From Prasinococcaceae sp. CCMP 1430 (taxonomy: Eukaryota; Plantae; Prasinodermophyta), in assembly GCA_013416795.1 (NCBI GenBank), contig RQSC01000001.1:317834-381833 (forward strand): DNA of 64,000 bases, in the 5' to 3' direction. Under the pieces are notes generated by a model. That model was not told where the DNA came from. It saw only the letters and a program-made list of their open reading frames with translations, and made no database searches. Position numbers and translations under genes: made by a program. The number at the start of each line of letters is the position of its first letter. The stretch's first letter is position 1. Of this stretch, positions 42,980-53,943 are shown in pieces.

Positions 42980-44236
42980 GTGGCAGTTCAACCTGCCCGC
43001 CACATCAGCGCTTCGCCGCCCCCCGCCCCCGCCAGCGGGGCCTCGCGGCGTTGCGCGCGCGCGGGCGGCGGGCGGCGCGGAGGGCGCCAGTGGGAAGACC
43101 GATACGACGAGTTTTACTCGGAGTCCAACCCCTTCCCCGAGGAGCTCGTGGCAGGCCCCACAACTGGTGCGGGCCATGCAGCGCTCAGCACGTGGTCAGC
43201 GGCGCGCGTGCGCCTCGTCGGCACTTTCATCGGGCCATACCACCGCACGCGCGGCGAGGACATCGGCGGGCTGGATCCGCAGCGAGAGGCCGTGTACACG
43301 CCGCCGCCTTTCACTGGTGGCAAGCTGCTCGACCCCTCGATGGGCCTGATGCCCGGGGTGGCCCACAGCTATCCCGTCGGTCACGAGCACATATACTTCG
43401 ACGCCGGTAGGGAGCTGCGCGCGCCGGCCGACTGTGGCACGCCCGCGCCGCGCGCGGCACCGCTGCCCAACGGCGTGATGAGCAAGGTGATGACCGTGGG
43501 ATCCAAGGAGCGCTACCCCAAGGACATTGACGTGGTCAACTTCCACGCGACCGCGTGGGACAGGGAGAGTGGCATCATGCTGGGCACGACCACGCGCGGC
43601 AATGGCACGCCGCAGCTGCGCCCTCTGGACTCCATTGACGGAGGCCTTCGCGGGGTCCTCGAGGCCATGTCTCCGGGCGAACGGCGGCGCGCGTGGGTGG
43701 AGGACAGGTGCTACGATCTGCACATGCTCGACTGCCTCGAGTGCTGGACCCCCGAAACGCCCGCTGACGTCGGGAACGCGCCCGCGTCTGCCACGAGCGT
43801 TGAGCTCGTTGCCGACGACGGCAGTGGTGCTACCGCGTCACTTCATTACATCACGCTCTCCGAGGGCGCGCCGGGCGGTGACACGCCTGACGTGTTTGAC
43901 GAGGTGCGCGTTCACTACTCGTGCTGGACCGCCGACGGAGAGCTCGTCGAAACGACAGGATGGCACGGCATGCCCGCAGAGCTCCCCGTGGGCGCCGTCG
44001 TGCCCGGGCTGTCCGCTGCGCTGCAGCAAATGAGCGTCGGCGAGAGCGTGCGCGTGTGGTTGCCGTCCGAGCTGGCGTACGGCGATGTGGACCTGCCCGA
44101 GAACGATGTCCCCACGGGCCCCCTCACGTTTGAAGTTGAGCTCCTGGGCATCCAGCGCGAAACCAAGACGGGCATCAGACTCCCGACGGTCGTTGAGCCA
44201 AACACCGGGCCATCTGCGATCCAAAAGATGTTCTAA
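42980..44236 (+). CDS. Tandem FKBP-type peptidyl-prolyl isomerase domain protein, probably organelle-targeted (start uncertain)
   Basis: C-terminal FKBP: DEVRVHYSCWTADGE...VVPGLSAALQQMSVGESVRVWLPSELAYG...LTFEVELLGI. An upstream degenerate copy reads DVVNFHATAWD...GLRGVLEAMSPGERRRAWV. Confidence 0.8.
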   Translation: MAVQPARHISASPPPAPASGASRRCARAGGGRRGGRQWEDRYDEFYSESNPFPEELVAGPTTGAGHAALSTWSAARVRLVGTFIGPYHRTRGEDIGGLDPQREAVYTPPPFTGGKLLDPSMGLMPGVAHSYPVGHEHIYFDAGRELRAPADCGTPAPRAAPLPNGVMSKVMTVGSKERYPKDIDVVNFHATAWDRESGIMLGTTTRGNGTPQLRPLDSIDGGLRGVLEAMSPGERRRAWVEDRCYDLHMLDCLECWTPETPADVGNAPASATSVELVADDGSGATASLHYITLSEGAPGGDTPDVFDEVRVHYSCWTADGELVETTGWHGMPAELPVGAVVPGLSAALQQMSVGESVRVWLPSELAYGDVDLPENDVPTGPLTFEVELLGIQRETKTGIRLPTVVEPNTGPSAIQKMF

Positions 44237-44387
44237 GTTGCGGCGCGCTTGGGGTACCGCTACGGCCGGTAATGTATTGTGGACACCCGTGCACACCCAC
44301 ATGCGCAACGAACGCGCCATACGTTGCGGCCAATGCAGTAGAGCGCAACGAGCACGCACAGGGCCCTTGCTTACGCGTGCGTGCTAG

Positions 44388-45926
44388 CTAGGGACCGGCG
44401 CCTTCCTCGATCCCGAAGCGTTCTCGCATCTCCCTCGGCAGAGAGAAAGGGTTGACTATCTCACCACCAGCACCACACCTGTGCCGCCTATACTTGGGGT
44501 CCTCGTGGTCGAAGAACGGGCAGCGCCCTATCTTGGTGTGGCTCTGCAGCCCGCAGCCGCATCGCATGCACAGGAAGCTACTTGTGTCGTTGTGGCCGCT
44601 GCCAAGCTTAGCGAAGTAGCCCTCGCAGGCTAAACACTCCGTGCAGCGCCCGCGCACGTCGTTGAACAGGTCACAAGAGGTCTCGTCGAGCTCGGGGCCG
44701 TCGGGGCCAACGTGCACACGCCACTATCGCGGAGTTTGTGCGCGTCAGGATCCAAGCCTTGCGTGCACGGACGCACAATGTACACACCAACGCACTCACG
44801 TTCGTGCGCAAGCTTTCGCGGCACACACCTTATGCGCTGTCAGCTCCCGCTCCGAACCGCGCTTCTCCTTCTCCGCTCGATCTCGCTTGCGATTTAAGTC
44901 TGTCATGGCGGTGAATTTCGCCACATTGCTGCCGTCCACCACGCCTCCCTGCATGCCGATCGACTCGAAGCCATTCGAGAGCTTCTTGCCGTCGTTGTTG
45001 TGCGGCGAGCGGTACACAGGCAGGCGCGCGGCGTTTTCGAAGGCCTTGCGCCGCTCGGCGGCCTCACATCGCTCGCGCTCTCGCCTCTCAATCGCGCGCG
45101 AAGAATCGCCCCCCTTGGCCTGCGCCTGGTCCAAGCCCTCTCGCAGCCCTCCGTCCTCGCCGCATGCGGCCAGGCCGCGCTCGTACGCCTCTGCCGCCTC
45201 ATCATACTTGCGCAGCATGAGCATCGCCTGCCCAAGTCGGCCGTATGGTTTCGCCCATGCGCGATTGAGCTCGATCGCGCGCTCTGCGTCCCACGCCGCC
45301 TCGGCGTACCTTTTCAATTTGAGATAACACGCCGCGCGATTCGAGAGGCACTTCCCGCCGAGATTGTCGTCGCCCCGTCCGGCCCGGCTCCCCACCGCAT
45401 TGATGGCCTGCGTGTAAAAGTCGCACGCTTTCTCGGGCCTGCCGGCGCCGAAGGCAGCGTTGCCCTCGTCGCGGTAGTGTGCAGCGCGCTCGAGCGGTGG
45501 TTTATCGCGGAAACGCTCCGGCGCGGCGCCTGCGGCCGACTCCGCGGCGCGGCGTACCTCGTCGCGCTCGGTCTGCGTTGCCGAAGGATCGAAGAAATCG
45601 CCGTCATCGGCCTCGCCCTCGAGGATGAGACGACAATTCTGGTTGAGCTTGAGGTCCTTGAGCTTAGTTGCATCAATGGTGAGCCCAAGCTTGACCGCGG
45701 TCCTCTTCGCCACTGCGTCGTCTGCGGGACGTATTTGCTGCCTGCTCCGGCGGACCTTGGTGCGCTCTTGGATGGCGCGCCTAAGATCGAGCACGGTCGC
45801 GTTCTCGTCGAGCTCGAGCTTGATTGTGCGGCCATCCCAAAAGACGACAAAGCCTAGCTTCCGCACGGACTTGAGAGTGCCCATCAGGTCGCCCAGTTTG
45901 AGGGCTGTGCCCTTCTCCACAGGCAT
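44388..45926 (-). CDS. Ubiquitin-like domain + TPR repeats + C-terminal Cys/His-rich module, 2 exons
   Basis: UBL-like VFWDGRTIKLELDENATVLDLRRAIQERTKV. TPR motifs YRDEGNAAFGAG, LSNRAACYLKLKRY and YGRLGQAMLMLRKY. Phase-0 intron 44828-44724 (GTGTGT...CCTGAC...TAG) joins the short Cys-rich ORF 44388-44717. Confidence 0.75.
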
Positions 45927-46634
45927 GGTGCGAACCGCCGACAGCCCCCCCCACCCTCGCCTCCCTCCCGCACGAGCGACAACACCCACACGCGCTCACC
46001 GCCCGCTCTCCTGGCACTCGCACCCTCCGCTCCCTTCACCCTCCTCTCCGCGCCTCCGCCCGCGGCTGGGCCACGGGCCGCGCGGGCGCCGCCGGCGGCG
46101 GGCAGCGGTGTGTGGCGCGTGCGCCCGTTCGCGCGCGTTCCCCCGGCGCGCGAGGACGCTTCGCGCGCCCGCTCATCGTCCCGCCCCGAGCGCATGCGGC
46201 GCGCCCCTCACAAACGCCTCCGTTGTGCGCCTGCGTTTCGATACGGCGATCCGTTCCCCGAGACCGGCAATGGATCGCCCATCAAATAACCTCTCGGCGT
46301 GGGAGTGGCTTTTTGGTGGCCACGCGGAGGGGCTTTGGTTGGGGAATCGAACGGCGTCGACGCCTCCCCTCCCTCCAGCGTTGGTTTACTGTACATACGG
46401 CTGACGCCGATCAAGCGCGTGGTCGAGGGAGACGGGGGTTGCGGGTCGGACCCAAGCGGGAGACGGAGAGGAGGGGTGCTACGGACCTCGCCGCATTAGG
46501 TGACAAGCGGGCGTCGTGCTCGCGCTTGCGCACGCTGACATGCGTCACCCAGGCTCAGAGCGACGCGCCTGCCAATCTGCGTTGCATCGTCTGAGGTCAC
46601 TTAAATGCGGCGCCTCAGGCCGCGAAGGCAGATC

Positions 46635-47991
46635 TCACAGCTTGTTGAGCCTGGAACAGATCACAACGCGTATGGACTGGTCGAAGGAGCCACACACGGC
46701 GAGCCCCTCCTTGTCCTGGCTCCAGTCCCAGCAGTTGACGGGTTGCGTGCTCAGCTGGCGGTACGTCAGGCAATGGACCTCACCACACACGCCGTAGTCG
46801 TGGCCCTCTGCGTCCTGCGCACGGCGTTGGTCGGGGTACGAGTACTGTGCACGCCCACACACGAGCACGTTGTCGGGCACGGACGGGCGCGCACGTGAGC
46901 GCACGTTCGTCGAAAAACGGCGGCATTTGCATCAGCAGCGTCAGCTCATTTCTGGCACGCCGAGCACGCGCGCGCCCGGCTCGACATGCGCGTACCTTGT
47001 ACAGCGAGACCGTTCCATCACCTCCTCCTACCATGAATAGATCGCGATTCTGGGGTAGGTGGCGTGTGCCCCAGAGTGTGGCCCCTGTGGGGAACTTCTC
47101 CGCTACACTCGCGTACCCCTTCTCCTTGTGACGTGTGCGCATGTCGAAGACGTGAAACTTGCCCTCGAGCGTGGCCACAGCGCATTTGTTCATGTGTATG
47201 TCCTTGCGGTCAAATTCAACGGCACACACGCCGTTCTTGACGTTCTTCTCCCACCTCACCTGCCCGTTGCGCAAATCGAAGAGCTTGACGTCGCCGTTGT
47301 CGTACCCAGCCAGCACGGACCTGTCGTCGTCGCAGTGCGAGTCACCGAAGGAGACACTCCAACAGTCGGGCACGGCCTCCAGACCCGCGGGCGGCTCAAA
47401 GGCCGCCACGGGCGCGTCCCGCTGGCGCGGATCCCACACGCACACGCGACCGTCCCGCGCCCCTGTCACGATTTCGGGCGCGCCATACCCTCTGCGCTGC
47501 CCCCCCATAGCGTCCATGGCGTTGATAATACCGCCGTGCGCCTGCACTTTCCACACTGGCGACGCCAGGCGCTCCAGGTCCCAACTGGCGAGCGTGCCAG
47601 CAAAGTCACCCGTAGCGATGTGGCGATCCGTCAGCGACGACGCTCCAAACGAGCCACAGCGGAGCGGGCTGGCGCTCTCCGCTTCGGTGAGCAGCTTCAC
47701 GCCCGACCCATCAAGCTCGTACACTTGAAGCGCGCCGCTTCCGCGCGCATGGCTGCCGAGTACAACGAAGCGCGCACTCAAGGGCACCCATTTTGTGTCG
47801 TACACCGTGAGTGCCAGCGACTTGTGCACGTGTTCGAGGATCTGTGGACGGTTGGTCGCGTCGAGGCCGCCATACGTCGTTCGCTCCTCCTGCGGCTTGC
47901 CGCCGTCGGCACCGGGAGCGCCGCCGGGTGCGGCCGCGGCCGCGCCGGCCATCGCCTCACGCGCGAGGGCCATCTGCGCCTCCATCGACAT
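46635..47991 (-). CDS. WDR92: WD repeat protein 92 (Monad/DNAAF10), 2 exons
   Basis: PQILEHVHKSL..TVYDTKWVPLSARFVVLGS..RGSG, CVWDPRQ, AGYDNGDVKLFDLR and NGVCAVEFDRKDI.MNK. Intron 46995-46845 (phase 0) gives LYK|YSYPDQR...DKEGLAVCGSFDQ. Confidence 0.93.
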
Positions 47992-48681
47992 GGCAGGCTT
48001 GCCTCTTCAGGCGCACGCCCGAGAGCCTCGAGCCTGGCGACGCGCGTGTCCGCGCAGGCCGGTCAAACGGTGCCACGTGCGCGCGCCCACGCCGCGCCCA
48101 CGAGCAGGCGGGTTGGCTTTCGCTTTCGGTGTGGCAAGCTGCGGCCGGCCTCGGGCCGGCGAGGGCAGCCGGACACGACCTCGCTGCTCAATTGGCTGGC
48201 TCCAAGCGCACGGATCGCCGCCGCCGCGCGCGCGCGGTGTGCCACCCGCCCGAGCGCGCTGGCTGCCCGCCAGGCGGGCGCGCGGGTCGCCGATCACCGC
48301 TGCCCTGCCTCGGGGAACGCATGCGGCGCCGGTCAAATGCGGCGGCCTCGGCCACTCGCAGCCAACATTTACTTAACCCTACATACGACCCCAAATGAAC
48401 CCAAACCTCATTTTCTTCATTGGACGCGTGCTGGCAGCCTGGGGCGCCGGGCGCGGGCGCGGCACACAGCGTGCGGCCACCGGGCTGCCCCCTCCCCCCC
48501 CCCTCCCCCCCCCCCTTCGGGCCCCAACGCTCGGCCTCGCTTCTCTGTGGGCTTCTTTCGTGTGCGCGGGGCGCGCGCGGTCGTGAGGAGTGCCGCTCGA
48601 CGGGTCACGCGCCTCAGTGTGCCCCCCCTCCCCACCCGCCCTCATCGTGCTCCGGCCAGTGGGCGCACCTCGAGGTCTTGG

Positions 48682-48951
48682 ATGGGCGGGCGTGAGGCGC
48701 GCGCAGGGGCGGCGGCCGTGGCGTCGGGAGCAGGCGCGGCGCCAGGCGGCGCGCCGACTGCTGAGCAGCTTCGCGTTGCCGCTGCTGAGCTCGGCGCAGT
48801 CAGGCCGGGCGCGCGCGTGTTTGCCGCCGCCGCGCCCGGTGGCGCGTTCTTCCCGGCGACGGCGGCGGATGCAAAAGCGCGCGTAGAGAAGGCCCTCAAG
48901 GCGGAGGAGGAGCGGGCGAAGGAGGAGCAGGCGAATCGTACGGTCTTATGA
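48682..48951 (+). CDS. 89-aa beta-prefoldin-like microprotein, ASDURF-like
   Basis: EQLRVAAAELGAVRPGARVFAAAAPGGAFF...KARVEKALKAEEERAKEEQ has an EL-x8-VF-x8-FF hairpin between two helices, the same spacing I recall for human ASDURF (EL-x8-VY-x8-FF). Confidence 0.6.
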   Translation: MGGREARAGAAAVASGAGAAPGGAPTAEQLRVAAAELGAVRPGARVFAAAAPGGAFFPATAADAKARVEKALKAEEERAKEEQANRTVL

Positions 48952-49022
48952 GAGCACAATGTACTAAGGGAATAATGATCACAGCCCGCAACCTTCTACG
49001 GCACCCATCTCCGCCTGCGCGC

Positions 49023-50508
49023 TCATGCCTGTAGGGGCGCACGGCGCACCGATTCGGAAAACGGCATGGCGCGCGCTTCAGGTCCGGGGCTAAGGCTGGC
49101 CTTGGCCGCGAGAGGGGCCGCCAGGTCGTCCTCCTCATCGTCGTCCAAAGCCCATGGTGGACGAATCAAGCGCGGGGGCAAGGTCATCGCGCGCACAGGC
49201 TCAGGCGCTGGTTCGGGCGCGGCCGGTGGTGCGCCACCCCGCGAAGTCTCTCCACTCGGCTTTCGCTGCTTGCGCTCTGGCTTCTCTCGCTCTCCGTCCC
49301 GATCATGCCCCTTTCGCTCGCGATCCGTCGGCAACACAAGGTCCTCTCCCTTGCCCTCCGCTCGGTCGGCGGCCGCCGCCGCCTCGGCTGCCGCCTCGAG
49401 CCGCTCCAGCCTGTCGATGACCGCCGCCAGCGATGGCCTCTGTGCCCTCTTGGGCTTGATGCATTTCTTGGCGACGCGCGCGATCTCGAGGAAGGCATCG
49501 CGAGGCCATCGCGCGCTCGCGTCCGCCAGCGCCAGCGCCGAGCGCTCGCGCTTGAACGCGTCCTCCACTACCTCCACCAGCTCTTTGTCATCCACCATCG
49601 CAGGTTTGGCCGTGAGCATCTGCAGCACCATCACGCCGAATGAGTACACGTCACACGCTGCGTCATATCGCCCGGTGCGAGCAAACTCCGGACAGATGAA
49701 GCCGTACGTGCCCGCCAGGTGGCGCGTGGCCGCGTGTGTTGCTCCGGAGGCTTGCGCGGGGCCGTGCCTCGCGAGTCCGAAGTCCGCGAGGCAAGCGTTG
49801 TTTGACTTGTCAAGAAGCACGTTCGAGCCCTTCACGTCGAGGTCTATTCAGTCGCGCCGAGACGCCGTCAGCGCCATGCACTCAAGCGCATCGAGCAGCG
49901 ATAGAGCAGCGAGCAGGAAGGGCAGGCGCAAACGCGCGCGCCTTGGCGCAGGGTACGCTGCGAGCTAAGGGAGGGGTGCGATCTGCCCCCCGAAGCTGGT
50001 GGCGACACGTACGTACGACGGGCGGGCTGAGCGAGTGCAGGTACATCAGCGCGCGGGCGAGCTGGCGCAACACCGAGAGGCGCACGCGCCAGTGCAGTGG
50101 TGGCAGCTTCGGGCCGTCCCGCCGCGGAAACAGCCGGTCGTCCACCGTGCCAGCGTCCATGAGCTCATACACTAACGCCCGCTCGCCATCGGGGCCGATA
50201 GCGCCCCCGATGAAGGTCACAACGTTCGGGTGCCGCAGTCTGGAGAGCACGGCCGCCTCCTGCTCATACTCGGCGGCGCTCTGGAGCGTGCTGATGCCAT
50301 AGCGTGGGGTGGCCTTGAGGCGCATGCGCTTGACCGCCACAGGCGTGCCCCTTTCCTTGTTGAAGAGCTTACCGCTGTACACAGGCCCGAAAGCTCCGTC
50401 GCCCAGGAGGTTGCGTTCGGAGAAGCCGTCGGTCGCCGCGACAATGTCGTCCCACTTCAGCTCCAGCGCCGACCCCCGCGGCACGTGAGGCGCGACCAGG
50501 GGCGCCAT
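49023..50508 (-). CDS. RLK/Pelle-type receptor-like cytoplasmic kinase, non-RD, 2 exons
   Basis: WDDIVAATDGFSERNLLGDGAFGPVY, VAVK, LRHPNVVTFIG, LVYELM and WRVRL..L...ARALMYLH. Intron 50012-49844 (phase 1) gives VVHLDVKGSNVLLD. Then DFGLAR, GTYGFICPE and DVYSFGV. Confidence 0.9.
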
Positions 50509-50833
50509 CGCCGCCCCCGCCTCAGCCGCCGCGGCCCTCCCCCACGCGGCCCGCTGCCACCCGCGTCCCGCGGCGACGGTGTGGCTCAGAGGCGCGGGCG
50601 CCGGCGTCTTCGGGGAACGAACCAATTCAAACCTTGCGTGCATGGAGACGCGCCCCATGCATTCTGATGAGCACGGATGCAATCATCATGTATCTGTGCG
50701 TGCGTGTTTTTTTTTTGCCGAGCATTTTTTATTTATTTTTGTGGCGTTTGGTGTTTGCGTGAGCGCGCGCGCGCGCGCGCGGGTGCCACACTGCACGCGA
50801 GGTGCCCCCCGCACATCCTCCCCTACAGGCGTC

Positions 50834-52638
50834 ATGGTGCGTGCGAGCGCATGCGATCGGGTGAACCGCGGCGGTGCCGGCAGCGGCAGCGCGCGCGCGC
50901 GCGGTGGGGGTGGATCAGGGGTCGCGACGCGCGCGCGCGCGCCCGCGCCACCACGCGACGTCTTTTTCTTGCGTTTTCTGCGCAGCTTTTCCGTGATTCG
51001 TCTTGGTGCACGTGTCGCGAACTCGAGGGGGACGCTCTTCGCGCTGCGCGCGCTCGCCCCGCCCGCGCTCGCCCTCACCCCCGCTCCCCTGTCGCCGCGA
51101 GGGGCGATTTCCCTTGCCCACCGGCGCGCCGATGCCCGACCTCCCCAACCCCACCGCGTGTCCACGCTGACCCAGCCGCCGCACCGACCGACTGCCGTCG
51201 TTTCAAATGCACGCGCGCGATTCGATCGCCGCCGGCCGCCGCCCCGCGCTGCGGGCTCTGTCCTCCACGCACCATCTCCTTCGCCCCCCCTCCCCCTCTA
51301 CCGTGCATTCCACAGGCGCTCCCCGGTCAGGTCACGCCCGCTGGCGTGCCCGAGTTCAAGCTCGTGATCGTGGGCGACGGCGGCACCGGTGCGTCTGCGC
51401 GCGCCTGCGCTCCGCTGCTTCGCCCCCTCCACCGCCCCCGCCGTGCCCTCGCGGCGGCGGCCGCCGCCCAGCGACAGCGGGGCCAGTGCAAGCTGACGCG
51501 CGCCGTACCCCCATCCCGCCCGTCGTATCCTACCGCCGCGTAATAGGCAAGACCACCTTCGTGAAGCGTCACATCTCCGGCGAGTTCGAGAAGAAGTATG
51601 AGCGTAAGTGGCACGCGCCCGGTTGCACACCGCTCGCTCCGCTGCGGGCGCCGCCGCTCCATGCCTTTCGAGCGCGCGCTGCCCGCGTGCCGCTGACATG
51701 CCGCGCCGCACGCGCGCACGTGCCGCCCGCCGGTCCCGACCGCTCGCAGCGACCATCGGTGTGGAGGTCAAGCCGCTTGACTTTACCACCAACCTCGGCA
51801 AGATCAGGTTCTACTGCTGGGACACCGCCGGCCAGGAGAAGTTCGGCGGGCTGCGTGACGGGTGCGTGTGCGCGCTGCGCGAGGGTGCGACTTCTTGGCG
51901 CGCGCCGCGCTTGGCAGGCGCAAGCGCGCGCACCCGGCCAGCTGGAGGGATGCGTGGCTGGATCTTGTAGGTGCAGGGCTGCCCTCAGTCGCGTGCCCAC
52001 CCTGGCCAGCGCGTGCACATGGGTGCGCGATGCGGTGCATTGCAGCTTGGTGCATGCTTCGAATGCGGCGCGCTCATGCTGACGCGATCCATGCGGCACA
52101 GGTACTACATCAAGGGCCAGTGCGCCATCATGATGTTCGACGTGACGTCGCGCCTGACGTACAAGAACATCCCCACCTGGCACCGTGACCTCACGCGCGT
52201 GTGCGAGAACATCCCGATCGTGCTCTGTGGCAACAAGGTCGACGTGAAGAACCGCCAGGTGAAGGCGAAGCAGGTGACCTTCCACCGCAAGAAGAACCTC
52301 CAGTACTACGAGATCTCGGCCAAGTCGAACTACAACTACGAGAAGCCCTTCCTGTACCTCGCGCGTAAGCTCTGCGGCAACCCCCAGCTGTTCTTCGTGG
52401 GCGAGGTGGCGCTCGCGCCGCCCGAGGCGCAGGTCGACGCGGCGGCGCAGGCGCAGCACGAGCAGGAGCTGGTGGCCGCGATGGCGCAGCCGCTGCCCGA
52501 GGATGACGATGACTTCATGGTGAGTTGTGCGACGACAACCGTGCGCGATCGCGCCCGTGGCATTCTCGCCGACGTCCCCACTGCGGGCATGCGCTGACAC
52601 GCGCGCACGCGCCACGCCTGCTGCACGCTGCACAGTAA
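50834..52638 (+). CDS. RAN: GTP-binding nuclear protein Ran, 6 coding exons
   Basis: Exons ATG 50834-50836 (only ATG|GT candidate found), 51316-51388, 51547-51603, 51750-51861, 52102-52519 and stop-only 52636-52638. Motifs [36 protein letters not shown] and acidic tail PEDDDDF. Confidence 0.93.
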
Positions 52639-52850
52639 TCCGCGAGCGCCGCTGCCCTGTGCTTTGTAAATGAACCCTTCCAAAAAAAAAAAAAAAAGCG
52701 GCTCACTGGACTGGACCGCATGCGCGGCCGGCGGCTGGCTCGCAGTGCTCGCTCGCGCCACAGAGCGCACGCGCCACGGAAGGGGTGGGGCAGGGGTGGG
52801 GGTGGGGGGCACAGCGCGCGGCTGGGACGTGCGCCGCGCGCGGTGTGGCG

Positions 52851-53943
52851 ATGGCGGAGCGGCTGGCGCAGCTCCACGGCACGGAGAAGGACAAGGTGAA
52901 CTGTCCGTTCTACCACAAGATCGGCGCGTGCCGCCACGGCGACCGCTGCTCGCGGCTGCACAACAAACCCGAGGTGTCGCGGACACTGCTGCTGCCCCAC
53001 CTCTTCCAGGCGGCGTTGACCAACACGGCCGTGCCTGCCACGCAGGGTGCGCAGGAGAGCTTCGAAAGGCGCGAGGAGCAGGAATTCTTCGGTGCGTCGG
53101 CCGGCGCGGGGTGGCGCCCCGCGCTGCGCGCGCGCAGCGCTAGCGCCGACGGTGCCAACGTTGGAGCTGCCCGGCGCTTGTGCAGGACCGCACGAACGCG
53201 CGCGCGCGCGCGCGCGTACGCGCCACTTACTTGGCGACAAGGGCGGCAGGACGAGTGCTGATTCTCACCCCCAACGCGCGGTCCACCTGACTCCCTGCCA
53301 TGCCTCACCCACGCACCGCCCGCGCTCCTCACCCGCTCCTGCCGCCCCGCCCCTGCCCGCGCCCTGTTGCATCGCAGAGGACTTCTACGAAGATGTGTTC
53401 ATGGAGCTCGCCGCGCACGGCACTCTTGAGGCGCTGAACGTGTGCGACAACAGCGCGGACCATCTCGTGGGCAACGTGTACGCCAAGTTCCGGGACGAGG
53501 AGTCCGCGACCGCCGCGAAGAAGGCACTTGAGGGGCGCTTCTACGCAGGCAGGCCGATCCACTCCGAGTACTCGCCCGTGACAGACTTCCGCGAGGCGAC
53601 CTGCCGCCAGTACGACGAGCACACGTGCACACGCGGCGGGTACTGCAACTTTCTGCATCTCAAGCCTATCACCCGCACGCTCCGTCACGAGCTGTACTGC
53701 GGACAGTGCAGCAGCCAGGGGGAGCGCCAACGCGAGGAGGGCCGCGGGTACGGCCGCCGCGGATACGACCGCCGCGACGACTACTATCGCGATCGCGACC
53801 GCGACTACCGGCGGCGCGAGCGCTCGCCACCGCGCGCGGCGCCGCAGGAGCAGCCTAGGGAGGAACGCGAGAGCACGCCAGAGCGCCGCGCGAGGATACA
53901 GGCGTGGAACGAGGCGCGCCGCCGCGAGAATGCTGCCAAGTAG
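52851..53943 (+). CDS. U2AF1: Splicing factor U2AF small subunit (U2AF35/U2AF1-like), 2 exons
   Basis: [28 protein letters not shown]. Intron 53092-53377 (phase 1). UHM with [14 protein letters not shown], second CCCH finger [19 protein letters not shown], and an Arg/Asp-rich tail. Confidence 0.93.

Noticed and set aside
46000-46600. Short ORFs such as MDRPSNNLSAWEWLFGG and MGVAFWWPRGG
   Set aside because: No domain signal and no convincing splice structure. The region fits the WDR92 3' UTR and the UBL-TPR promoter.
47059-48681. 630-aa + strand ORF overlapping WDR92
   Set aside because: It is the antisense shadow of WDR92 and the GC-rich promoter. Only its last 89 codons (from ATG 48682) look like a real protein.
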